From: Klebsormidium nitens
Taxonomy: Eukaryota > Plantae > Klebsormidiophyceae
Reading direction: 5' to 3'
NCBI GenBank assembly: GCA_000708835.1
Contig: DF237029.1
Coordinates: forward strand, 148,658-212,657
Length of the DNA: 64,000 nucleotides
The notes beneath the pieces are model-generated. The model saw only the letters and a list, made by a program, of their open reading frames with translations. It did not search any database and was not told the DNA's origin. Positions within the stretch are counted from its first letter, which is position 1, and each line of letters begins with the position of its first letter. Both the position numbers and the translations under genes were made by a program. Positions 47,301 to 58,025 of the stretch are shown piece after piece.

Positions 47301-49004
47301 CGAGTTGACAGAGTGACCAGATGCGGTTGAGGATTTGCCTTCTAATTGTCGGGCTAGAGGAGAATGCCTGGGTGCACAGACTAGGCTCAAAGCATTGAGA
47401 GAGAGTTTTCATTCCAAAAGCAGCAGACAGTGCGCGTTGAACGAACGTCACAATCGCCGTTGAGATGTATTGCCGTATCAATCGACTGTCAGTATCTCGA
47501 CGCCAAGGCCAAGTGTTCTGCTCTAGCAGCTATATCTAAGATCATTTAGTCCTGAATTAACCCTCAGAACCGTTAAATATCCTCCAGCCTTCTGGATCAT
47601 CCAGACATTGAACACAAAGCACCCCAAGAAAACATGTTTCCAAGCACATCTTATTCTGAAAGCAGATATTCGAAGTCAAATACGTCAAGCTCTGAGGGTC
47701 GACATTCTTAACGCCCACGGAAATCTGACGTCAAGACCTGAAGGTCCGCATACTCAACGCCCACGGTATTCTGACGTCAGGACCTAAAAGTCTACATATC
47801 TGAGGCCTACGGAAATCTGACGTCAAGAACTGAAAGTCGACACACTTAACGCCCCCGGAAATCTGACGTCAAGACCTAAAAATCTACATACCTGAGCCCC
47901 ACGGTATTCTGACGTCAAGCCCTGAGAGTCGAAACACTTAACGCCCCCGGAAATCTGACGTCAAGACCTAAAAGTCTACATACCTAACGCCCGCGGTAAT
48001 CTAACGTTAAGACCTAAAAGTCAATATACCTGAGGCCCACGGAAGTCAGGGATGCCCGTGCTGGTACTGATGCCTGCGCCAGTGTATGCCACCATGTACT
48101 GACTCTGCGAAACATGGATTTCGTTGTATTGATTGCTGAGGATTAACAGGTCAGTGTTCACCACCTTCAGGAAAAGCTCAGTGGCTCGAAAAATAATCTT
48201 CCAGGCCTTTTGCGCCCTACCTCGAAGGTCACATGAAGGAGGCAAGGCGCTTCGAGCAGAGCCCAAGCTGTGGCTGTGATAGCTTTCACAGTTGAACGTT
48301 TAGAGATGCGCAAGCTGGTGGAAAAATAAAAGAAAACATCCTGTTGCAATTTAAGTGGGGTTCAGCTGGCTTCTTACAGAGTAAAAGATGTACAACAAAC
48401 AACAAACTTGCTACTCCGTAAGAAGAATCACGGGAAGGCAGAATCACGGAGCCCTCAGACTTTCGATTACGACTTCAGAGCTGCACGTCTTTATGTACTC
48501 TCTCTTGCCCAAGCAACCACAAAGGTTGCAGACATGCAAATTAATTGACAGCTTTGTAGTCCACCCTGAAAGGCCTCGAAGTCCAGCTTGTCAAAGAAAG
48601 AAAGGCAGCCTTGTAATGGAGCAAAGCTCGAAGACAGCTGTCTTCAAATTTGTGTGCCTTTAGCATACTCCATCTCTGCTCATTGCATCCAGCAACCATG
48701 CCTGGGGGCTTGTATGCAGCCATGCTCCTTTCCAAGCTTTCATGCACTTTAGAAGCGGCTTCTCACAGTTCACTGAGCAATCGGAAAGTTAGGAACACGG
48801 GGCCAAAATTTGAGCAGAAGCCAATACATTCCCAGCCTGTATACCATACCTGGCAGTGTAGTGGCAGGATAGTATGCAGCGCTTGGAATCAATAAGCTGC
48901 CGTACCTGTTTGATCAGATTTGCCAGCTGTTTGATCTTCTTCTGAAGCACGTCCGGCGGGTCCCGGTACTCCGTCGTCTCTTCGGGCACGCCCAGGTCCG
49001 CCAT
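44386..49004 (-). CDS. NAD-dependent deacylase, sirtuin class IV (SIRT6/7-like), 275 aa
   Basis: Exons 49004-48906, 48104-48030, 47135-46978, 46243-46103, 45488-45320, 44571-44386 (828 nt). Motifs [52 protein letters not shown], Zn-binding CRNC...[31 protein letters not shown]. Confidence 0.93.
47681..48047. repeat. Intronic 46-bp minisatellite (about 8 units) derived from the exon 2 / intron 2 junction of the sirtuin gene
   Basis: TGACGTCA cores at 47726, 47772, 47818, 47864, 47910 and 47956 (exact 46-bp spacing), variant TAACGTTA at 48002. The final unit runs into exon sequence (gaggcccacggaagtc). Confidence 0.95.
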
Positions 49005-50811
49005 TCTAGTTCCCCTGGGCCGGTTTCTTCTCTTGGTTGGAGGATTTTGAATGACGGCTTTCTGCGCGAAGGGTTCCCTCCGAAGTCGTTCGCTGGCTGA
49101 CGGGTCACGTAGGGACCTTGCACTTGATGTGAATAACCTCAGATTGCAGTGGTTATATAATAGGAAGGTGCTCGACATTCCGCGTTCCTAGCCGCCACTA
49201 CGCCGCTGCAAAGCCCGCCAAATTATCCTTTTCAGGGCGGCCATGGTGTCTCTTTGAACAGGAGATGAGCATCAAGATACAACTACCTGCTGGAGTAATA
49301 CGACAGAGTAGTTTTAGGAGCAGAGTCAAGAGCCTTTTGTCATTCGAAGGATGTCACAGTGAGGCAGCTTGAGATCCACATGCATGTTGATTGCATGTTT
49401 GCAAAAGGAAACAACCGGTGCAGACGATGCCCGGGCACGAGCTCGTCGAGTGCATGCTGTGCAGCGCAGCTGTCCGGCAGTGTCACCTCTGACGCATGCA
49501 CGGAGTGCATGACTTATGAGCTCCGACTTGACCAGCCGATAGGTACATCATAGAGCATGAGCACGGTCTGGCTGCTAAATATGCGCGCCCCTGCTGTACA
49601 CATGCCAGCATGCCGTGAGCCGAGTGTGTAACGCAGATTTCCCAAGAAGTGAAACGTTCTTGAGGGATTTCCCTGCGGCGATAGGCCAGACCGGCACCCT
49701 GCCCGGCATCAAACCAAGCTCGTTGTTGCCGGGGCCGAGAAAGCCATGGAAGGGTTCATGGGTCCTATGCACGTTTGTTGACCTGCAAAGCCGTTGATCG
49801 AGTGCCTCTCAATTGACGCGGGCCGGAGCTAGGCAGCTAGCTGCCGGCCGCGCGGCACAGCTGAGCACATGCATGCGATCGGAGCTTCCATGCCAACTTT
49901 AAATCTACATGCCGATATGCACGATTTTGGTGAATGAATGCTCCTGGCCCAATTAACATCATCACATCAGCCCAGTGGTCCAAGCTCTGGCCGGCCGGGG
50001 ATAGGGCCCGGCGCGGGCGCTTTGCATGTATGGCTGTACGTAGAGCGACTTAAAAATTCTGGCATCTATACTGCCTAGCGCGATCTGACAAAGTGATGCT
50101 ATGCGTGTTCCGGCGAAGGGCGATCGCTCATGGTCAATGTGACGCGGAACTATATGCAGCTCGCGTGTGCACACATGATCGGAACCGTTAATTCGAGCTC
50201 TTCTAAGTGAGGACTTGTCCCCTTTTGTGACACGTGCATAACAATACATTCTTCTTGCTCCGACTGGCAACCTTAAGATGAGGTGAACAGAGGGGCAGAC
50301 TGAACTGAGCGCCTGTAAACCACCCTGGACGGCCCTTGTAGTTCAATCGAGTACGTGCTCAGTCCGAGTTGCTAAAAGTTTAAAGAGGTCGGCTGAATAA
50401 GCCTCTTTACCTGGCTATTACTAGATCCCTGAAACGCAATGAACTCCGCGTCCGTTACAAGTAAATCATCCAGGCTTGATTGTCAATATCCAACGACCTG
50501 CTTTCTTGGATACTCTCGGCGTTGAACTCGGGCCTCAACTTTTATAGTAGCTAGCTTCAAGCTTCCGCGTCTAATAGTGCCGTTCAGCTGAAGAAAGAAT
50601 TACCTACAAGCTTGCAGATTCGTCCAGTTGAAGTTCGCTGTAGCATTTCACTGATTGCTTTGACGGCCGTATTTGCAAGCTAACACTGTACATGTAATCG
50701 GTTTGCATAATCTACATACGCTAGTTCAGCATCCTGTAATCGCTTAGCCATTATTACGCACGAGCTTTTCTGCAGTTTCATGGTACAAAAAGATTCAAGC
50801 GGTCTTCGCCA

Positions 50812-53800
50812 CTAAGGAACCGGAAGCTCACCCTTCGCAACAAACGAACCGAAAGCTTCCAGGGACTTCTTCCGCCTGGGACGGCCCGCACTTGCCATTG
50901 CCTGTCCCTTTCCTGAGTCCCCCACTTCGTGCTCTGCCCTAGCTCTTTCATGGGCTCCTATCTTTGACTCCAGCAATTGTCGCAAACATTCCTCCGCACA
51001 CACCACCCCCGTACCCGACAGCTCTTCAGTCGCTTTCTCCAACGCTTCAACGGTGATCCTATCCGATTTGGCCAGCTTCTGGATTCCTTGCCCCAGGGGA
51101 ATGTCGCCGATCGGCTGCCCAGTGCTCGAGACGCGTCGCCCCATGCTTTCTGGCAGCTTTGGAGAAGCGTCCTCCGTTCCTTCCAGACCCCCATCTCCCA
51201 AAGCCTCGCTTCCAAACTGACTCCCGTCTGCATCCCCGTTTCCCACCCCACTATTCAGCGCATCCGCTCCCTGCTCGTGTTCGCGTAATCCCCGACTGCT
51301 CGGTCGTCCCCGGAAGCTTTCTACCAGTTGCCCCACTTCATCGAGCTCCGCAGCCTCCCTCTCCCGCTCTCTCTCCTCGTCTGCCACGTGTCCGTTTGGA
51401 AGGTCAGCCACGTGGCTTGGGCCGGCAGTCGTTGCGGACCCATGTGCTTCTCGACTCAGGGCTTCATCCCCCTGCAGAGCGCATTCTTCGGCTGTCTCCC
51501 TCTCGATCTTCACGACCTCTCTCCCCTTCTCAGACGTCGCATGGCCGCTCTCGGCTGGGGCACTCCCCTCGGACAACCTCGACCAGCCGTTCCCACGCTC
51601 TCCGACCCCATTGCTTCCTTGCGCACGCAACCTCTCGGAGGCGGACCTCAGAAACCCCTTGCTTCGAAGCTTGCGCCCGGGCAGGCTGCCACTGTCCAGC
51701 TCAGCAGGCGCCGTCCGGTGCAACCGGTCCACCATCCGTACGACACGTGGCCTGCCGTCCTCTTTTCCCCCCCCTGGCCGGAGCCCCTTGTGCCCCCCTC
51801 CTAAACCTCCGCTCGAATGGCCAAATCCGTTTGCGGCTCTTGACATCACCGCCCCGTCCGAAAGGCCGTTCAGCCGGGGGGCCTGCCCCGCCCCCAACGA
51901 AATGTGCCGCGTCAACCCGTTCTCCCCTTCTTTCCGCCCCGACGCCTCCTCCCGATCCTCGAAGCGCGAATTTTCTTCCCCAGCGGTCTCCCCCGCCTCC
52001 ACCGTGTGCGGCAGCACAAACCGGACGTCGTGCGAGCTTCGGTGGCCCCACCGGCCCAGGTTCCGGTAGCTCTGNNNNNNNNNNNNNNNNNNNNNNNNNN
52101 NNNNNNNNNNNNNNNNNNNNNNNNNNNNNNNNNNNNNNNNNNNNNNNNNNNNNNNNNNNNNNNNNNNNNNNNNNNNNNNNNNNNNNNNNNNNNNNNNNNN
52201 NNNNNNNNNNNNNNNNNNNNNNNNNNNNNNNNNNNNNNNNNNNNNNNNNNNNNNNNNNNNNNNNNNNNNNNNNNNNNNNNNNNNNNNNNNNNNNNNNNNN
52301 NNNNNNNNNNNNNNNNNNNNNNNNNNNNNNNNNNNNNNNNNNNNNNNNNNNNNNNNNNNNNNNNNNNNNNNNNNNNNNNNNNNNNNNNNNNNNNNNNNNN
52401 NNNNNNNNNNNNNNNNNNNNNNNNNNNNNNNNNNNNNNNNNNNNNNNNNNNNNNNNNNNNNNNNNNNNNNNNNNNNNNNNNNNNNNNNNNNNNNNNNNNN
52501 NNNNNNNNNNNNNNNNNNNNNNNNNNNNNNNNNNNNNNNNNNNNNNNNNNNNNNNNNNNNNNNNNNNNNNNNNNNNNNNNNNNNNNNNNNNNNNNNNNNN
52601 NNNNNNNNNNNNNNNNNNNNNNNNNNNNNNNNNNNNNNNNNNNNNNNNNNNNNNNNNNNNNNNNNNNNNNNNNNNNNNNNNNNNNNNNNNNNNNNNNNNN
52701 NNNNNNNNNNNNNNNNNNNNNNNNNNNNNNNNNNNNNNNNNNNNNNNNNNNNNNNNNNNNTCTTTGCTCACGTTCGGCAGCTCGTGGCCGACAGACACCC
52801 CCGACAGGCTTTCCACCCGCCCCAGCCCCGGTTCGTGCACCAAGTGCCGCCCCGAGCCCTGCTCAGCGATCGGGTGCCACCCGATCTGCAGCGGGGGCCC
52901 GTCGCGCCTCCGGGGCCCCCGGATCGACCCCATTTCGTCCGCCAGCAGCTTCTCCGGCGTCGTCGCGGGCGCTGCAGACTCGTCCCCGTGGTCGGGCAAC
53001 ACCTGGTGCGAGCTGCTGCGGAAGAGCGGGCCCCCGGCTTTGGTCCACGAGATCTGCGTCATCTCGTTCTCCGCCTCGCTGTCGCTGCTATGCCCTTCCC
53101 CCGGCTTGCGCTTCGGCCGCCGGAGGGCGCCCCACGCGGACAGCCCCGCGCGCGTCATCTCCGCGATGTCGTCCTCGGTCAGCGACTCGGAGGAGAAGTC
53201 CCGGGGGAGCGTGTTCCAGGACGGGATGCGCCCGCGGCCGAGGCCGAGGCCGGTTCCGCGGAGGCCGCTGCCGTCCGTGGACGCCTCAGCCTGGCGCCAA
53301 AACTGGGCTTCTTCGCGCGCGCGCTTTCTGCAGACGGAGCCGAAAGGCAGGATTGAGCAACGGACGCGAAATGTGCGTGCTTGCTTCTCGGATGCCGGTT
53401 GTTGCCGGGTTTAGCGAAGTCTGCGTTTCCTCGGTCGTGCTTGTCGGGGATGGACAAACAAGCAAGCGAATCTTGGAAGAATCTCCCTACGAAGACCTTT
53501 TCAGAGAGCTTCGGTTGAGCTCTAAAAACACCCTCTATTTTTCGAGCGACCGAGACAATCAAGCGCCATATAGTACAAGAACTTCGAAGGTCGCTGAATC
53601 GCACCTGGCCTCGTGCTTTCTCCAGGCCAGGTCGGCGACCACCTTGTCCAGCTCTAGCTCGATGGCGCTGTTGGCAGTGATCGCGGAAAGCTTGGCCCAC
53701 GTGGCACGCACGCCCTGGGACATGCCACGCTTCAGCTCCGTGGAGGTGGGGTTGCGGATGAGGCCGATGTACTGCAAGAGGGGGACAGCTTTTCAGGAAA

Positions 53801-56800
53801 CCGGGACAAGGCAAAAACTCCAGCTCGCGGCTAAAACGGTGATGACGTTTTCGGGTTGATGATCAAGAAGATAGCTGCAATTAGCCAACGGTGTCGATCG
53901 AAAGAAATCTAAAGCGAGACAGAAACTCTGCCAGCCCTCAGCTCAAGCATGAAAAATAATTTGTAAGACGAGAATGATCAGCCTATCCGTTGAACATTAC
54001 GAGCTCGTCTTCGAAAGTACACCAAGAACTGGCTACGAAGGAAACAGAAGAAGAGCCACGAAACGTCTTTCAACGACGCACAGAGCAGCAGGACTCCTGA
54101 GCAACGAAGGCGCCTCACCTGAGCCAGGGACGCATTCATGACTATGGTGACGTCCCCCTCCCAGTCCTGTGCGAAGAGCTTGGCCAAACCGTAGAAGCCG
54201 AAGCCCATCTCCAGTGCCTGGTTACACCGGTGCTTGATCTCCATCTCGAGCAGATGCATGCCCTGCAAGCATTCAGTTGAAAGTGCGTCACTTTTGGAAA
54301 GGGACGCAACAAACCGAAATAGCTGTAGATTCGCGCAGGTCCCTTTGTCACAATATCCTTGTCCAACCATCGAAATAAGACCAACTTGTCGAAAGAAGTC
54401 GTAGAGGCTGCCAGGAAGGAACTTGGAACCTTACCTTTGACGCCAACTGCCCCCCGTACTGCCGCACTGTCTCTTTCAATCTCAAGAGGGGCGCGATGTG
54501 CGGGTTGGCCTGGCTGACGATGAAGTGGTTGACGTTGAACAGCTCCTTCAGAGGCCCGATTGGAAGGTCTGTTTCGAGGCTGCCGTCTCGCCAGTGCCGA
54601 GCGCCGATGCCGCCGTTCTTGTCAGGGCCGAGCTCGGTGGGAGGGTGGTAAGGGACGAGACGACCAAAGCGGTCCTTGGCCATCAGCTCCTGCACAGACT
54701 CGCCTCATTGCGATCAGCTCGAAACTCGACATTTGCAAATCGAAGAAACTCGACTACGAGCTTAAATTTACAGAAACTCGTTATAAATTTCAGGCAATCC
54801 GGTTACGAGCCTTAATATGAAGCAAGTCGACTACGAGCTTCATACGCTGGCTTGGACTCGTTAGCTGTGACAGAAAGAACACGACCAGGCGGAAAACAGG
54901 GTAAGCTTGGATCCTGGTACGGAACATTGAAACTTGTCAATATAATCCAACCCCTACACTCAAAGAAAACGAAAGAGGGAGCAGCCCTACCTGCGGCGAG
55001 AAGAGGCCTGGGAAGGCACACGAGGCGGTCACTGCGCTCCAGATGACGACGTTGGGAGACGAGAGGTAGTTCAGCAGCCGGGGAGGCTCCTTCGGGCGAG
55101 ACGAGCACACGGTGATGCACAGCACCCGGCCTGAGATGTCATACGCCTCCTGGAAGGTCATGTCACCGATCAGCTCCCGCATCTTGCGCTGCAGGGGTCC
55201 GATCTCCTGCATCGCCCCCCGCGTGAGCAGCCGGTGCGCCGTCATGATCACGTTCCCCATCTCGTCAAAGAAGTGCATCTTCGGCAGCGGGCCCTGGAAG
55301 AATGCCTGCAGCTGGACCCAGGGCCGGGTCGCAGTGAAGGAGCAGATGATGGACCCGACGCTCGAGCCGGCTACCACGCGAGGGAGTAGCCCGTGCTCGA
55401 TCAGGGTCTTGACCACCCCCAGATGGAACGCCCCGAGGGCGGCCCCCCCGCTGAGAAGAAGAGCGGTCCGGCCAAAAGCGTGCCGAACCTCGTGGAAGAA
55501 GGAGAGCTTGTCGTCCAGGCCAAAGTCTGCCTGCTCTGGGGCGTCCTTGATGATGCGCAGGTGCTCGCACACCTCCCCCAGGTACTCTGAGATGAGGGGG
55601 GGTGTGTGCAGGCGGTTCTTGTGCAGCTCGGGGTTGCACATGTTCCCCAGGTTGCGGATCAGGTCGGTGCGCAGGGCAAACATCATGTCCTCGACGCAGC
55701 CCTCCTGGCGGCGCTTGCGGAGCTCGTGGAAGCGGGCTTGGACTAGCTCAACGTCGTACCTGAGAATTTAGAAGGAGGTTCAGTACTGGTGGACACCAGC
55801 TGGTGCAAGGTCTCAACCAGGAAATGAATTTTTTTGACAGAGTAGGGAGTCAAGCAATCAAGTCAACTGAGAAGGCAGCCACAGTCCTGGTCTTAAGCAA
55901 CACCAGAAAGCACCTCGTGCATCCTATGACAAACGAGTTTGAAAACGAGTTTCTTACCAACTGGCTACAGTTTTGAGAAACATTTGGCTGACTCCGGGGG
56001 ACATGTGATCAAGCCACCACTGTCAGCTGGTCTGCCAGGATTTCTTACAAACTAGGCTTGCTTGCTAGTAATCCAATGTTATTTGACTGATGCTGGCATT
56101 ATGCACTTGATACTGACGTTCACGAGAGCTGGCACATCTCTTTTTGACAGGAACTTTCCCTGAAACCTTGGGTCCGGATACGGCAGCTGAAGGAGCTTCC
56201 TTCTGCTGAAAGTACTCTCAAACCTGATTGCCAACACCATGAGATGATGCTGACTGAAAAACAACCAATTTGACCTGGACTCCTCTCCTGAACTAAGCTG
56301 ATGTGACAAGGACGGAACACACGACTCCGAGTTCTTCCTACAGGATCTTACGACAGCCTCAGCTGGACAGATTACTTGAACATGCTGAGCACAATCACGA
56401 GCTTAACAGACGGGAAGCCAAGGTGCAAATCTTCCGAACGAACAGGGACTTACAAGTCTGCGTCTCTCCGCCGTCCAATGTACTGCTCCAGCTGCTTGGC
56501 AGCATGGGCCCACTCTTCGTACGTTGCAGCTGAGGCAATCATGTTCTTGTAGAATGTCCTCTTCACTTCCAAGACCTTGGCGTTAATACTGTGAAGACGG
56601 TGCCGCCTCAAGAGATAGCCGACTAGGATCATGCCCCCAAGCAGCACATTTGGATTCCTTGGATTCAGCCAGTCCTTCAGCACTTTCCACAGAATGGACA
56701 GCGCCTTCAATCCCTTCCGCAGCCCGTACCGAATCCTGAACTTGAGGACTAAGAGCACCTTTTTGCAGACCGTACGAGCAGCCTCCCAGGAAAGAGCTTG

Positions 56801-56878
56801 CACAGCAACCGCCCGGCCATACAGGGTGTCCGGCCCGATGCGGAAGAGATCAACGATGACCTCCTCATCAGAATCCAT
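50812..56878 (-). CDS. SDP1: SUGAR-DEPENDENT1-type patatin-domain triacylglycerol lipase with a long low-complexity C-terminal extension; interrupted by an N gap
   Basis: Exons 56878-56454, 55759-54991, 54689-54435, 54262-54119, 53771-53605, 53327-(gap at 52760), and 52074-50812. Motifs [64 protein letters not shown]...[28 protein letters not shown]; C-terminal RIPSWN and [13 protein letters not shown] also match land-plant SDP1. Confidence 0.93.
52075..52760. other. Assembly gap (686 N) within the SDP1 C-terminal coding region
   Basis: Run of n characters. Confidence 1.
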
Positions 56879-57170
56879 CTCCAGGGGACCCTGAGCAGCG
56901 TACCACGAAGGCAGAGGGAGGGATCAACACAGCATTGCGACCCCGGAGTGCAGATTCCTCCCTATGCTGCCCTGATCAAAGTGCAACTTAGTGTGGCACT
57001 CAAAACCAGAGGCCGGTAAACCACTCAAGGTGACAGGATTGTTGCTTTCTTGTCTTTTGTCTCACAAACCTCAAACTTCCGCTGTCATTCAATGTGCTTC
57101 TCCCCCACCGTCTGAGCCCTCCGAAATTACCATCTTCTGTCTTCATGACCAACGTCTGCCCTAGCCATGG

Positions 57171-57813
57171 ACGTGTCCTGTCTCTTCGGATGCTTCGAAA
57201 CCATGGATGATGGAGGCCACTGCTCTTCCGTTGGTTTCTAGGCAGCCTGAGCAAGCTGCACCCCGCTGTCGCTTGCGCGCCTCTCGTGAATCCCTGGCCG
57301 GGGTGAGTCAGCAAGTCACTTTATCCGCTTTTGCAGAGTCCGATCAGCTGCCACCTCAGCATAGGGGCGGCCAGGACACGTGGCATCTGACAAAAGGCTC
57401 ATATGGACTATATAAGCTATAGAACCTGCGTATACCTATGCGTACATAAGCTGACAGTGCCGAACAAAAGCATATGGCCAAGAAATGGATCAGAAGGAAT
57501 GGTCTCGACGAGGAATTTAGTTGGACCAGCCTCCCGGGATCACCCCTCGGGGCCAAAGGTTCAGCCGCAAGAGGCTGGCCTTTTAGTTGCTGGTGTCGGT
57601 GATCAGACCCCGGGACCCTGCCCCGGCGGATCTCCTCTTCATGATCCAGTTTTCAGTATGTCAAAGAGGAAGCTCACCGCATGACTCAGCCAAAGAAGCC
57701 AATAGTATCGCTCCCTCCACGAGCCGAAGTTCCAGTTGACTTGAGACCTTCAACTGTACATTTGAATTAGGTAGATCACAGCAGGAGGGGAGCGAGAGGC
57801 CCGTGTGACGTCA
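57171..57813. promoter_or_regulatory. Cluster of bZIP-type motifs and a TATA-like box in the SDP1/bZIP divergent spacer
   Basis: ACGTGTC 57171-57177, TGAGTCA 57304-57310, CACGTGGC (G-box/ABRE) 57377-57384, TATATAA 57409-57415, TGACTCA 57682-57688, TGACGTCA 57806-57813. Motif presence is direct; function is inferred. Confidence 0.45.
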
Positions 57814-58025
57814 ACTCTGCGCCATGTATCTGGGCTTCCCCTAAAATCGTTGTTGCTTATGGCCGTGGTGATCCTAGGAGCGGACTGCCACAACCAGCTG
57901 TAGACCGGTAGGAACCTGCAATCAGATTTGGGTAGGCGGGTTTAAGGAGCCGGCGTTGCTGGACGCTTTTGTTGGGTCTCAGAGCATCCATCAGGCGGGA
58001 TACAGCTTAGGGCCGAACCGGAGCA

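Noticed and set aside
47681-48047. CRISPR-like array (regular repeats with a palindromic core)
   Set aside because: Units are head-to-tail with no unique spacers, lie in a eukaryotic intron, derive from the host splice junction, and no cas genes are present.
51159-53859. Very long plus-strand ORFs (51159-53414, 51904-53859) and 55112-55771
   Set aside because: They are antisense shadows of GC-rich SDP1 exons, and two are inflated by reading through the N gap.
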